From NCBI GenBank assembly GCA_001938485.1, contig MQRK01179780.1, forward strand, positions 1-64,000: a DNA stretch of 64,000 nt. Direction: 5' to 3'. Shown in pieces: positions 26,701 to 42,800 of the stretch; position 1 is the stretch's first letter; each line of letters opens with the position of its first letter. This DNA comes from Girardia tigrina. Its lineage: Eukaryota. The translations under genes and the position numbers were made by a program. Under the pieces are notes generated by a model. It was not told where the DNA came from, ran no database searches, and saw nothing but the letters and a program-made list of their open reading frames with translations.

Positions 26701-29700
26701 TACAGTTACTTTGTATCAGATGCGAGATAGAGCAGACGAAAAGCTTCAAATCTTTATGGTTATTGCAAGACAATGCGCCACCATACACAGTAAAAGTCAC
26801 AAGACAGATAAAACGATATTCTCTTTATTGAATCATCCATCCATCCAACCTCACATCTAACGATTTATACATTTTCCAGTATATCTTATGCATTTGAGAG
26901 ACAGCAGAGATGATTTGATCAACAATGTTTGTGACTTATTTTAACAAATATAAGCCTGATTCCATTGATAAAGCTTTCCGGGAGCAAATAATCTGTTGGA
27001 AAAATGTGTTAAGAAAAAAATGGGCCAAATGTCGAAAAATAAACTCAAAAGTAATACATATTATCGGTAAATGAAAATACATTTGATTACTTTCTTTTAT
27101 CTGTGTTAAGCTAGAGACTTATTGAACTTACCACATGCTTTGAATTATAAATTAATATTATTAAAAATATTTTAATGTTTATGCCAAAGTTTCTTTTCTT
27201 TCTAACTGCGAGTCTCAAAAAAAGTTTGTGTATCACATATATCAAAAGGCGAATCCGGAATCTTCAGTATTTTTTGTGCTCCAGTAATTGACCAAGTTTT
27301 ATTTTTGAAAAATGTAAATTATTTAAATTTTTTAACTTTAAAATTAAATATAATCTTTATTTTTTAAATAAAGATAGTTGCATTATATTATATTATCTGT
27401 CTGAAATCGCATTTTTTTCTTTTTTAGATTATGTTAGTTTTAGAGCAGTTTTATAGTAAATCAAAAGTCCTGGCTTCGAAAATGATATCAGTTTTTGCAT
27501 ACCGCCTCAAGTTTTCTTACAATTACATAATATCCATTTTTATATTCTATGCTTTTATATATGTAAAAATGTTTGGCTAATCGATCATATAATATGCATA
27601 TGATTATGTATATATAAATATCATTATATATATATATATAATATTTGTAAATATAATATATATATAATAAATATATATAATAAATATTTGTATATATAAT
27701 TAAAATGTATAAATTTTAGTTATGGCTGCATCTCGTAATTGCAATTTACATCCTAATTCATTTTGTTATATATGCAGCATTATATTGAACCTAAACAACA
27801 AAAACATCCGTAATCGCTTTGGACAAAGCTATGCATACCAATGCATATGATTCGTATTTTGTGTTGCAGATTGGGGACCAGGACAATAAATGGGCACCTC
27901 ATGTGTTCAGTGATACATAAAAATCTGGATTGGACGGTTGGCTAAGGTAAGAAATAAATTATTATAAGAAATAAATAATTCTGGTCTTTATTATTTTTAT
28001 AATTACTGAAATTTAATTATATCAGTTAGTTAATATTTATGTTAAAAATTAATTCCTTGTTAAATAATAATTTGCTATTTATATCGATTAGTACTTTGAT
28101 AAAATATTATTAATATCTTTTTTGTAATCATAAAATGTTATATAAATATTTAAATGTTATATAGAATGTGATTTATTACTAAAACCCATGCGAGTATAAA
28201 ACTTCATGTTTCCTAAACTGTCCGATGCAAAACTGAAAGGAGGTGTTATTACTGGTCCACTACCTATAGTACTAATTTTATTCGTTATTTTATTTGATGA
28301 TGCTGGATGATTCATTGAAATTAATCACTTGTTTTGAAAATATGTAGTTTAAATTTTTCGGTTTCAGATTGCTTCGGAATTTAAATAAATTATTATTATA
28401 TATTTGATTTTTTTTATTTATAATTTCAATGTTTCCCTTCTCACCTACCCAAAGGCATTCTCTCAATATTCAATCATGTTTAAAATTTGTTCTTCAAAAA
28501 CGTTTTTTGTATTTTTATTTAAATTGTTTATTCTTTTTATATAAACAATTATATAAACAATAAACATGTACATATGTATTGTTCAGGATTCAAATATTAT
28601 TATGATTATTATATGATATTAATATCGACATTTATATTCCAGTTGATATCATATCTTTTTCATCTTTTATCTCAATTTATTTAAAAAAAATTTGAAAGTA
28701 TGAAAAAAATACAATAGATTATTGAAAAATAAAAAAAATTGCGATTTGTTCATATAATGTAATTATTGATCTAGAAAACAAGTATTAGTGTGTACAATTT
28801 AAAAAGATTTGCTGAGTAATAAAACTATTTGAAGATCGTTCTTTTTTAATTAAAATTCCTAATTGAATTGATGGAGACGAGAAAATTCGTTCCACGAGTC
28901 AGTTCGGTCGTCGCGCGTTGATCGAGGCTGCTAAATCCGATTATTTTAGCAAAGACGTTGAAATTGACAATCAATGGATTTTAACGATATTTGATCGTTA
29001 GAAAAATAATAATAATATCGAGAATAAAATGAAAGATTTGAAGTTTGTTTCGATTAAGAAGAAACGAAAGAAGGATGTTTTACTTTTCTTGAGAATTCAC
29101 TGATACCTTCTTGGAATGTTAACGGCTTAAGCATTATTTGGGTAGATGTTGATCAAGTAACATGGACTCAACAATGGAATCCTTAATGTGAAACCATTCT
29201 AAGCGATATTTTAATAAATCCTCCTCTGTTCTAAATAAATCTAAATAAATTCGAAAAATGGGTCACATTTTGACACAGTCACACCGAGATCGAGATCCCA
29301 TCAAAAATTCCACCGTGCTCGCCGGATATCCCCGTCCAGTTCTTGTAGATCGGGCGGAACAATTATATAAATATTAAAATTAAAGAATTAATATTTAAAT
29401 AAAAAAAGGAATTAAAAAAATAATAATTAAAATTTAAATGTTATTATTTGATTATTATTCTTTACTCGCGACACTAATCGTTCACATCCGTCACATTTTC
29501 ATCATTGATTTTATTCAATACAAAAAAATTAAAATATATTTCAATATTTATAAAACGGAATTTAATGATTTATGTGAAGTCTTCTCGATAATCAAAATGA
29601 ATAATATATTGAATTAAATTTATCACAGTTATTCAATGAAAAAAATGTTAAATAATAAACTAACATCGTGTGACTGAGATGATTGAGCGACGAATCCTCC

Positions 29701-32700
29701 TCCATGACAATGAATCAATAAACACGGACTCGGATCCAATAAAGACTCTTCCCGAGATCCGGAAGACAGCCATTCCATTCCTTTTCTACGGCAATTACTT
29801 AATAGTCTGATTTTTACTTCGGCGTGTCCGCAGTGAGCGACTGGTGGTGACACTTTAACCGTGTCTTCTAAAGAATGGCGTTTTTGTAATTATTTATTTT
29901 TACAAGCACTTAAAAAATATATGCACATTTAATATTTAATACGTCTAGAAGATTTTTTTTCAGAGATACTCAAACAAGAATTTACTGTTTAATGTTTTCT
30001 GGAGATATTTTAACGAAAATTACTCACTTATTGATTATATTCTGGTTATATCTTCATCACGAAATAAAAACGACAATTTTTTAAGACCTTTTTCAAAAAA
30101 ACAAATAAGAAATGGATTTATGTGTTATTAATTGTTCCTTTTTACTTTTCTTGAATAATTAACAGCGATTTATCAACATTAGGTCTATACAAAATTTCGA
30201 ATTCGCTGGTAACATGGGGTTGTTTATGAACACTTGACTGTCATATACCCCTCTCGCGCAATATCTGGTCAAACATTTCCCATAATATGCGAGTCTGATT
30301 TCGAGAATTAGTGCTAAAATTTATTTTAATTTTAAAAAATGAAATTCGAATGATTTTTTAGATGTCGAATTGATTTAGGTGATCAGAAAAATTAATAATC
30401 TTTTTGAACGATATCTATGAAAGAAAGCTCTACTACGGATTGTAAAAAAGATAATGTAATTTGTATTTCTAATAAAACATTAACATCTTTGTAGTTAATT
30501 GTAGCAAATCCTCCAATACAAGATGGGTCAATGAAGATTGTTTAAATCTGATTTATTTTCATTGAGAAAGAAATTTTGAAATCGACTTTTGAAGATGTAC
30601 ATGAAGAATTCCGAATTGTGATTTCTACTTAATATGTAAATTGATTTCTCTGTAGTTTTCATTACACCATGAAATGCATTTCGACAGTAACTGATGTACG
30701 CAATAATGAGCAATGGTAATTACATGTATATTTGAAAATTTATTTTCATAATATAATTATATCATAATTATTTTCATAGTATAATTATACTCATCTGTAT
30801 CGTCAGTTGGAGAATTCTTATTAAATCATACTTGTTCTTGAACGAGGTCGTGTTCAGGGTATGCAGTACGCCTAAATAAGGTAAAAGAAAAGCTTATGTG
30901 CTACCACATCAGTACCTCACACCATGAGAAATATTTACGTTATGGCTATGGGATCCCTTGACAAATGTGCCGAACCATCGAAAATCAAGAAACGAATGAC
31001 CAAGAAACGAGTTAAGTTGAAAACATCATCAAGACCAAATGACAACATTCGAAACTTAATTACCAGATCCAATATCAAGCAAAAATAAGAAATCAGTTTA
31101 CTTTGAAATTCTATTGTTGACTATCAGAATTGATACAACTGTTGAGAACATGAAATCTAATTCTGAAAGCTTAACTCTTCCCGATTTTTTTCTTACTCCA
31201 GTTTATAAAAGCTTTATATTCAACATAATATAATAATTTTATTAAATTTTGTCAATTTTTCTAAGGCTTTGTGATTTATGTAGCTTGTAGTTTTGCTTTT
31301 ATGTGATTTTAATTTATTGTGAATATTTTTTTATAAAACAGTTTAAACAAATTATGCATTCTTACCATAATGATTCGCCCTTTCATCGAAATAAAGAAAA
31401 GAAAAACATAAAATAAAATGTCAGTGATAAAATTAATAAAATGAAAATTCAATGTAAAAGCAAAATGCGATTTTCAAAAACGTAAATACAAATAATAAAA
31501 TGTAAAAAATAATGGCAATTGTTTTTTTAAAAATTAAAATTTAAACAAAGAAAAGAATGCTAGAAATCAATAACAGAAGGAATTGACTTTTTCATGTAAA
31601 GTGATGTAAGTTATTATGTAATTCAGTTTCATATTTTATTTCTAACCAAGTTGTTTCTAGTAAAATTGCTGTACAAAATAAAAAAACTTATCAATCTAAG
31701 AAAATTAAAGCGGTCAATCCAGCAATTAATGTCCAATCAAGTGACTCATTAACTTTATTGAAAGTTTTTGCATGAAACAGTAATTGCATAATTGTTTGCA
31801 TAATCATCATTTTAACATATATTAGCTTAACAGCTAGAATCAGAATTGCCTGATGACGGATATTCTGTCGAAATATATTGCTCAAATATAAAATTGTATT
31901 TTAAAATGGCGTATTTTAAGTTTTAAATAATAAAAGTTTATTAGATTAAAAAAATAAATATTAAGATTGCAAAATGAAAGCCAAAAATACACTTTAAATA
32001 AACTGTTCAACCATGTGAAACTTAAAGAAACGACACAACTTCCCTAAAAAAACTGTAAAAACTGTAATGTGCGATTTTCGAATGTACAACTGCGTTTTTT
32101 ACTTGTAAATAAATCGTTATTACTTATTGTCTCTCTTCGTTACAATATTGACGCGAATGTTATCTTTTTATCGATCCACGGCGTGATTTGATCGAACCCG
32201 ATCGTGTCATCGGGTAAACACAACTTGCGCTTGGGCAAGATGGCTGCGCGCGATCCTTCGTTAAAATGGCATCCGAGATCGGTGAGTTTTTTTACGGGAG
32301 TTACTGTTTTTTCGCCATATGTCCTACAGAGTTGTCTGCTACACGAATCGCCTATCCGCGGATCGTTACGAGACCGGAATCCTCAAGACTTCGCAAAAAT
32401 GCATACATACATTCGCGCTTACAAAACTCCCATAACGCATGTCGCTCTAGTCACAGCGGACGATGCAGTGCTCCTTATGTGTCCGTCAGAGCCGCGTCCC
32501 AGTGATCCCCTGTGACTTCCGAGCCTTCATTCGAGCTTGCAATGATGAGATCGGCAGAGCTTCTTGATCGCGATATACCTACATTTGTCGATTTGATTTT
32601 TATAATGATAAACGAGGCGATATAAATTCTGTGTTCAAGTCATGCATTATGGCAATTAGTTAATCGCTTTTCGATCATTTTGCAATGTTTCTGAAATTAG

Positions 32701-35700
32701 TGTTTCGTAAGTGTTTCGACAATTTCTACTATCGAGTACCAAATGATGATTTATGGCTGTCATCGTATAACTGAGATAATCAGACTCAATTGTTCCATCT
32801 GTTAAATGGAACATGAAATTTAAATGTTTAAATTAGTAAACTAGTAAACAGTCATCGTATAACTGAGATAATCAGACTCAATTGTTCCATCTGACATTGG
32901 ATGAAAAGAGCCGAAAATCAATCCGACCAATAATAATGGGCCCAACACCGAACTTATCAGATAATATCAATCAATGAATTAAAATTTTTGTTTTAAAGGA
33001 TAAATCAAAAAGAAATTGTAAGCATTTTAAATTATAATAATAATAATATAATAAAATTTATTATAATTAAATATAAAAGTAATTTGAAAAAATGGATAAA
33101 AAAAGATTTTAAACTTGAAGAATAATGATTTAGAAAAAAATTGTTTAATATCAAATGAAACAATTATGATTTTGTATACGTAACAGGTTTTCAGATGTTA
33201 ATTCGTGTGAATTTTCGAATTGCATATTTCGAACAGTGCCCACTTTTTTATCTCAAAAATAGACTCAATTCAGTGAGAGTCGGAGATGATGGTGGGAAAA
33301 TAAATGGGACTAATGACTACAAAAAATCGTTTGTAGTTTGTAATTTTTAAAATAAATGTTTAAATGCATTAAAGTTGTTTAGATTTCCTAAATCGATTAT
33401 AATTTCAAAGATAGTTTCATCGAATGACGAGAAAAGCGGATATAATCAATCGTTGTTCCAACCTTTGAATACGTACACCCGTGCAAAGGACCATGAATTG
33501 CATATTTCGAAGTGTCAACGAAAATTAAAGCGGTGGATTTGTGAACTGCTAATTCCTGTGAATTTGGGAATTGCATATTGTGAGCGAAATTTTTATTTTT
33601 GAAATATTACTGTACGTGATGATATTTTTTATATCGATTATGTGATTTAGTCACTCAAATTTGTTCGTGAGAAATTTTTACGGTGAAAATTTGATATACA
33701 AAGAAAATATATATAGATATATTAGAAAACAAATATAGATATATTATATATTTATTGAATGAAGTAAGTCGAAAAAAATTGAAATTTGATGCACAAGTTC
33801 GAAATCGGGTTGATATTTTGAATGAAGAAGCGAGCAAACAAATTTTGAAAAACGTACAGGCAAAACTGGAATTATCGGCACTTTTTAATGAGGTCAAATA
33901 AATTTTATAATTTTTGAACAACCCAAGTACCCCTTACAAACACTACGATGTTGCACTTTACTAACATCACCAGTGAATAAGAAGAGTATAAATCATAAAG
34001 TTCACGATTGTGTTATAAAGGTGAACGATTTCAAGTTTGTCTTATGGAACTTAGATTTATCGGAAGAATTTGGTTTTCAAACATAAGTGTATATAATGAA
34101 ACAACTGAAAAAGCGGAAAAAACAATACATTTCGAGAAATCACAACAGCTGATTGTAATGGATACTAAATGATAAGATGAACAAATCGGAAAATCTCGAA
34201 TAAATCGATTTTTTAATAAAGTTTTGTATCAATTTTCTTCTAAATCTAAAATCTTTACATATATATTGTTTTTAAAAATCTAATCATGTCGCAATTGATT
34301 GAAATAAGGATATTATTGATTGCAACAGTAGAATAAATAATAGATAAAAATGTAGATTGAAAAAGGTTCATTCGTCAAACGAGAAACATAGATCGGACAA
34401 CAATCCAGTGGGAATGAAATCATGACTATGCTTAGATTTTTAGAGAGGCACCACTTACTTAAAAAATAACCATATATTTTTCAGTGTTTTGCTTGTCATT
34501 CATACTATGCTCAAAATTTTTGTGCAAATGTACAAGTAGACTGTAACATTCAAGCGTTAAAAGTAGAGATGCTTCGAACTTCTTAGTATTAAGGTTGGGT
34601 CGTAAATTAATAAAAAACAGCAATGAAGACATAAGTTCCAACAAACAAATAAAAAATATATAAATAATAAAAAAAATGGATTTTAAATAATCTAACAAAA
34701 TTCAAAACTTATGTTGATGTCTATACAATTTCGATGCAAATTAGTATAAATCAAGTCACCTGGCATTTGTTTAAAGTAAAACGACTGTTTAAAATGCACT
34801 TGTACCCATCAAGAACAGATTTTATAAATAAACTACAGAAGGAAAATATTTCCCAATATTTTTTACAAAGGAAAAACAGGAATTCAATAAAAAGTAATGC
34901 AATTTTTCACACCAATTTGCAAATTTTTCAGCTGGACTAAACAAAATTGAAGATTTTTTAAAAAAGGTATTTATGAAATTTAAATGTTTAAATATGTTAC
35001 AAAATAAATAAATAGTATAACTTATGATAAAAATAATTTTAATAAACAAGTTGAAGCAAGTAAATTTGTAAAAAAAACATTAAAACAAATAAAAAATTGA
35101 AAAAATATTATTATATTTAAAATAATAACTGTATAGTTAAATTTCAATTTTTTAGACTTATATTTGTAAAAATTTCATTTTTTTTGTAAATTTGAGTATT
35201 GTAAAAATGATCGACTCGGTTGAAAATTTATATTGCTATATCGGTCGTAATAGAACAGAGAGGCGTTTGGAGGCGCTGCGATACCTATTGTTGCATCCCT
35301 GAGCTCATTTCATTAATTATTCTTTTGTCATTATCTTTATTAATGTTGTAAAAGTTCATTTTTTGTATTTTTCTGTTTATTGGAAGTCAATTTTTATTAA
35401 TGTCTGTGAGGATAATTAGATGTATATAAGTATTTATAATAACAAATTTCTATTTATAATTATAATATATTAATGGATCCAAAGTATTCTTAATAAAATC
35501 TCCTGTGCTTTAATATTCAGAAAATTTGTGACAATTCAAATTAGGTGTAATTTGTTATATTTTAAATAAATGTTGGAAAATTCTTATATAGTGACAAAAC
35601 TGGCTTGACACATGTATTAACTTTTGCATGTTTAATGGCGTAACAGATCAAAAAATAATTTGTACAACATTAATAAATAAGTTAACACCTGATATAATTA

Positions 35701-36742
35701 TTAAAATCGGTAACAATCCTAATTTTTTTCCTCTCCTAGAGTGAATGTAATTACATTATCGCGATTATGGAAAGTTCGGATGTGCTGATTCAACTGAATG
35801 TTGCATTCAATTTAGCTTCAAATACATTCAACGGTAAAGAAGATATCGACACTTATTGGAGATTGCAAACGGTTCTTCGAAGTGGCGCAGATCAATGAAA
35901 CAATCCAAGGAATCGTCGTCAAAGCATTCATAAGTAAAGATTTAATTATTACATATGAATCAGTTGATCCGCAAATCTCAAATTTTGAGGAAAGCTTTTA
36001 GTCGGCCAACGTCATTAATTCAAAACTTGCAAGATTTAATCTTATTTTTACAGATCTTTCTATAATTGGACATTTTAATACACACTATAAGTCGCAATAT
36101 TTCCTTATGAAGTCGGAAAATTAGTTTTATTGAAAGTGTTTATTTCAACTTTTCGGAACTATTTCTTGTTATTTACGTGATTGAAAGTCTATCTTTCGAT
36201 TTTTATCCTTATGTTGTTTTTTGTAATTATTAACATTTAATATAACTGTTTAATTATGATTGAAGTGCCAATCAACAAAAACAGAAAAAAACATTTTAAT
36301 AAAAAAATTAATTATGATAATAAATAAAACAAAATGGACAGTTGTTTAAATAAAATGGAAAAAGCCGAAAATTCGAAAAACTGTCAAAATGTGTACATGT
36401 AATAAAAATTAAATTTTTTGCTTGTAAAAAATGGATTTCTCTTCATTAATCATCACATGTGATACTCATGATTTATACACGTTGCTGAGTCGAACCGGCC
36501 GCTCACTAGCATGTAAATGACCATCGTCCGATTCCAAACTGCAGGCTTCGGGTCGATGTCGGATCTGACGACACATCGATTACAACCAGCCGCTCCGTGG
36601 TCATCACTCTGCCCTGGGACCAGAAGTGATCCCCGTCACCAACGGAAACTGGTCTCTCAAACGCATGTAACCTAACAGACTCTGCGAAATTATACTTATT
36701 CTTATTACATTTATTGATAATAGCGGTTTCCCAAATATACAA

Positions 36743-36784
<42 letters not shown>

Positions 36785-36834
36785 NNNNNNNNNNNNNNNN
36801 NNNNNNNNNNNNNNNNNNNNNNNNNNNNNNNNNN

Positions 36835-36865
<31 letters not shown>

Positions 36866-39800
36866 AACCCCCTTTTACATTGGGTAAGTGATATTTGGAA
36901 ATGTCTGGGTGATTAATGAACATGATGAAAAGGAACTTGGTGATGCGAACAAAGAACTCATAGTTGATTATTTCAGTCAACTTTTTTCAATGGTATTCAC
37001 ATTAAATTTTTTAAATCAAGTTTCAGTCAAAGAAACGTAGATAAATTAGGGAAACATTGGGACTTTCAACAACCATGGAAGTGGAAGAAACTATTTTTCA
37101 ACATTTATACTTTCGTGATTAAAGCATTTTGTATTTTCATGTTTATTCAATAAAATATTAAATGATACTGCTAAAATTAGTAACAAGTCTATAAATATTT
37201 CGAAAAACAATAAAAACTGACAATAAGTGCAACAATTATTTTTTTATCTCTTTAAAAAATGTTCTGATAAACTGTTTCTGTTTTGTATCTTTAATTAAGT
37301 TTCTAAAGATGTAATGTTTTATGTTGATGAATTTGAATTTATGAACATGGTGAAAAAGGTGGTCAGAGTTACAATGATCTGAACATAGAAAAATGTGATA
37401 TTAAAATTGATAATTTCTAGATTCTTTGAAAATATTTTGATATTTAATTGAGTGTCAGGTGAATTTTTGTAAATAAGGTCATGCCGACATATAATTTATG
37501 TTCATTAACCTAGACATTAATCTCCGGTGATGATTTGAAATGACTTTGTATTGAGTTTTCATTCGGATAAAACTTTGAAATATTCATTATTTTAGTGTGC
37601 CAATTATATAATGTCCAATTATATAATGTCCAATTATCAATGAGCTCACCATAGAAAACATAATTAGATTATTCAAATGACATTTATTTTCCATAACAAG
37701 TAAGGTATAAAGAGACATTAAATAATTTTTTTGAAGAATTATTTTGTATTACTTTACAAAACCGAATTTTAAAAATTACATTGCGATGTATCCAATATCG
37801 AAGCGTTATTCGCTTCTAAAAGCAGAAATTCTAGTATAAATATTCGTCAAGCTGAGTTTTATTTATGGTGAGGAGAGCACATCGATTGCTACTGCCAAAC
37901 AATGGTTAAATCATTTTCGGAAATGGTAAAAAAAACTATTTTTGATCAATCAGATAATTTGAAATGGGTAAAGAAATACTGAAGAACCTCGAAAGAAATC
38001 AGGCACATTGAAACAAGAATAATTAAATTTCTAAAGATGTACTTAAATGTCAAACAAAGATGCTCTACGATGATCATATTATGCAATTGAAATTAGAAAA
38101 TTGTATTTTTGCTTGCAAGATCACCGATCGGTTTCCTGTAAAGAGAACTTGAATCTCTTTTACGTATTGCTGGTAATATTCTTATACTTCTTCCAATTTC
38201 ATATATCTAAATCAAGTTTTGAGTCTAATGAATAAAAGATATCCAATTTTTATCCATCAATAAGGATATTTGAGGAGGATGCAATAACTATTATTCTAAA
38301 AGAAAGCTGTAGTCCTCGTAACTACTTTTGTGTGTAAAAGGCATGATCCTCACCGATTTTCCTGAGGTTTGTGTTTGTATTAACAGGCCAGGAATCTGAG
38401 AATGAAGCAACAGATTCAGCAATCTCTTTACACATTACATTTATATACTTAAACAATATCAATAGCGTTGAAGATGTAACAGATGTATTACTGAACATAT
38501 TTTGAGTTTTATGAGGATGCGATATAATTTTCGATTTATTCATATTATTTGTATATTTCCAAGATATAAATCAATCGGTAACCGGTATATAAAAGAATTT
38601 TCCAAGCAGGAGTCACAGTAGTATTATAACGATCTTCAAATATACTATTAATTATTGATAGTGAAACCATGGCGACCATAAACAATTATTACTTCCTCGT
38701 AGATATAGTTCCACAGCATGAGTATTCTCTCAACAGATTTAATTGGCAGTATTTACAGAACAAATACGAGAGAAAGTCACATCATTTTCCTAGTTGAATG
38801 AACGATTGAAACATTTACATTTCTGAGTTGATTGAAGATGTCAGATGTAATTTATGTAAAAGTAACACACAAAAATGATAGAGGAACCCATAGGATTGTT
38901 CCTACCGATTCCACTAATTATTTGACTGAATATAGAATGGTCTCGAATACAGAATAGACACGAATGAAAGGAAGCACTGAGAATTAAACAAGAAAGGTAT
39001 CATTGAAAGAACAAGAGCTAGCAGACCAATAACCGCTCTAGCTGAAGATTTATTTTCAAATTTTGAATTTATTATAAGTTTTCTTTAAAAAGCTAAACGG
39101 GATTGATATAAAATGATTTTTTAATAATTAAGTGTTTGTTTTTAAATTAAAATAATTAATAAGTGTTAATTAAATTTAAAAACAATTTTTTGATAAATTA
39201 AAATTTTAATATCGCAGGCAGTTCGTCAAGTGTTTTTTGGAATAATGTTCATAAAAAATTTTGACAGTCCAATGTAAATTTGTGATAACAAAAAATGTGT
39301 GCAAATTGTTATTATGTAAAAATTTTGGGATTTGTTTTTGGTGGTGAATTTTCAGAAAAAAGTGGTGAAAAGAAAACTTTCTTAAAAAATGAGGTTAAAA
39401 AGGAATTTTTATGTAAAGAGTTGTTTAAATAATCAAAAAGGATTCGTATGTAAATTTGATTTCAATAAACTCTTCTTGAAGAAAACTTTTTCGCAGTTAT
39501 TATTATTTATCAAAAGATTCAAATTTTGTGTCAAAAAAAGATTTTTGAAAATTGTTATTAAATGACATTTATGATGTTCGACAGTAATAAAGACTCATCA
39601 AAATTGGAAGCCATGAAAAGAATTCTCACAATGATAACTAAGTACATCGCTATTGTCCCCAGTGCTCTGAGTCTATCCAATCATTTCCAGATGCATTAGA
39701 ATGATTAAATTATTTTTAAATTTTTAGAAAAACTGTGTGATCCATAATTAATCATTTTGATATTTTTATATAGTGCAGCTGGGAAATGTTAAAATAAAAC

Positions 39801-42800
39801 TTAAGAAGTTAAATTGGATTCGGTTCCGAACTACTTGATATTTTTTAATTAAAATTAATTTTGAAGTAAAATCAATTTTAGATGTATACTGAATTGCATT
39901 ATAACTGTATTAAAAAATTGTTGTTGTTTGAATATTTAATTGCGGTAACTCCGTAGGGATTTTTTTACAAAAAAGAATCATCAAACTCCTTTCGTATCAA
40001 AAATGAAAATAGAGTACATGCAATTTGTAAATTAATGCTTGAAATAAAGACAGATACAAGAGAGACTTATAGTTCTGATCAAGTAGTGATAATTTTAAAC
40101 TCAATGCAGAACAAACTGTGAATGGAATTCAAGCACACTTACTAGACCAACGCAGGTTTGGAACAAATGCTCTCAAGTGGCAATTAAATTACGGACTAAT
40201 GGTGAAAAAATGAAACGAAACAATTTTTCAAATCTTTTTTCTTCTTTATTAAAAGTATTTTTTTGAAAGACTTCATACTGATTTAAATGTCTTATTGAGT
40301 TCATTTTTCTTTATTGCATCTAAGGTACATTATAGTCTAATAGACATAGGTTGTTACGATCCCAATGTTCTTGTCGAATTAGACTAATTTTTATCATCAA
40401 TTGATAATAATGTAAATTGTTGTGAAAAAACTGTTGTGAATAAAAAATCAGTGACAATTGATTTCAGAAAAGTATGGTTGCTATGGAATGTTTTTTGTGG
40501 AATGAAATTTCGCTCTTCGCTAAGTGTATGGAGAAAATTTAACAAAAACCTCTGTTATGTGAAAATCCTGCTTTACAATTTTATAAATTGTTCCTTTGTT
40601 GATGTTTAATGTCTCATTTCTTTTGCTCAGTGTCGAATGCCATTTTCCAATGTGAATTCTTGTACTTTTCGAAGCAACTCTGCTGTTTGGATTGTAATTA
40701 GCGATCCAGATCGTACGTCGTCATCCACCGATCATCTCCCTCCCAATCGTTTTTGCCATAAAAGTCTTTAACGATGATAAAAACTCAATCCCATAAACTT
40801 TTTGAATCAAACATGTACATACAAAATTTTCGAATTTAAATTAGGTGTCGCTAAAAGAGTGTTTTTTGTAACTACCGAAAACTGGAAAAAATAATATCCC
40901 AAACCAAACAATTTTTGCACTCAAATTTTAGGACGGAAACATTTATTTATTAAATGAGACAATAAATCATTTTTGTTGTGTTTTGTTAAATTTACTTTCG
41001 TCATTAATTTCAAGATTTATTATTAATTCATTCAATGATTTTTGTGGACTGTTGATTGTGATGATGATCTGACTTTGACATTTGTCCGTGCGACCTTTTC
41101 AAATTGGTCTCGTGTTAATCAATTCACATTGTGAGTTACGTACGATATGACATTCTCCGATACAACTTTTGTTGAATTTTTATATGTCCAAGAACAATTT
41201 TATTTTTTACAGCAATTTGAGAGTGATATTTACAAAATCCTTTTACAAGCGTCACCACTATTCTTTATCAAACTTATTGTCTCAAATATTTTCATTCTAT
41301 ATATAAAACTGAATTTTATCGGTCTTTTTTATTGAATGTATTCCAACAGATGCCATAATCGTTCTGTGCAATTTTTTCTTTTATTGGATATATAATTTTA
41401 TTTTAGCTCGAAATCATACAGTATCGTAAACAAATTCAAAATCGTTATTATTTAATTTTTTTAATATAATGATAAATCTAAAGCGAAAAGCAATTTAGTA
41501 TATGGAGCGGAAATTAGTTCCATTTGACTGAATGTATTTTTGCCATTAAAAAATAAATAAATAATTCAACTAATTTTAAATAATTAAATTTTGTAAATTC
41601 TTTTGTTTAAAAACGGTCGACTTTATCAATTATAACAATGAGATTTAAATAAACGCGAGACGTTATTTTCAGATAATTTAAGCAATCGAGATTCAGTGGT
41701 TTTGATTTTTTGTTCTTTTTCCGTTTAAATTGAAATGATTTTAAATCGATATTCTAATGTACGTGAAAATGTGAGATATTTGAATTGGCCAATGGTGTAC
41801 CTGTCTTTGTTTGGTTGTGAGTGTTGTGTTTGGAAAATTGTGTTTTAATGTAATTTGAAATGTGATTGTCACAATTTCAATATCAGTTTAGAAATTTGAA
41901 TGGAATAAAAGTTTTCACAAAAGATCTTTCATCGTTGTTTCACTGAATAAATAATTTAACGAATAAAGAAACATTAAAATCGTAATTTTTAAATAATGGA
42001 GAATGTTTTGCAATTCAGTAAACATATTCGCAAATTGCGAGTCTACTTGTGTCAGAAGTCGGATAAAGTGGAGAATTAAGAAATTTCATCGAGAAATTTT
42101 ACATCGCGATCAAAAGGAATAATCCCATGTTTCCGATTTTGAATAAAGAATGTTCGAATACTCAATCGTTGAAAGAAAGAACAAAGCCGGAGATTCAAAA
42201 AAACCGGATTCTCCTCCCCAGTATATCTTAAATAGTATACTAAATTTTTAATTTGTGTATTGCGAGATTTTTCGCTGATATTGTTTTGAAAATTTTGTCG
42301 TGTAATCGAATTTTTCGTAAGAATTGCTATTGCAAAAATTTGACGATATTATTTGTTGACAAAGTTTTTGTGAATATTTGTTTAAGAAAATTTGTCTAAA
42401 TTATTGTAGAGAATTTTTTTGCATTTTTGTTTTAAAAAAATGATTTATCAAGAGAGTTGTTTTGGTCGAAAATATTTATTTGAAATTTTGACAATATTTT
42501 TTTGTGTTCGAATTTTTGTAATCGATTTTTTTTCTTTAAAAATGTGAAATTTTGATTTAAATATTTTTGGAAATTTATTGAAATTATTATTGTGAAATTT
42601 ATTTGATATTGTTTAATGAAAATGTTTTTTATGAGATCGATTGTGAAATTGGACTGTATTTTTGAAAATAAAATAACTTTTGGTGCAAAATTATAATGTG
42701 TTCAAAACCATTTAATACCACTTGCATAATAACCAAGCAAGTATAAAAAAAAGATTACTTCACAAACGTCAAACAGAAGACCTGAAGATGCATGTGAAGG

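Noticed and set aside
29105-29135. SWNVNGL as an AP-endonuclease/LINE feature
   Set aside because: A seven-residue motif with no supporting downstream motifs.
30755-30810. Minus-strand CTGACGA..GAAA as another hammerhead
   Set aside because: Stem II geometry and the cleavage triplet do not fit; likely an AT-rich coincidence (likewise at ~6883).
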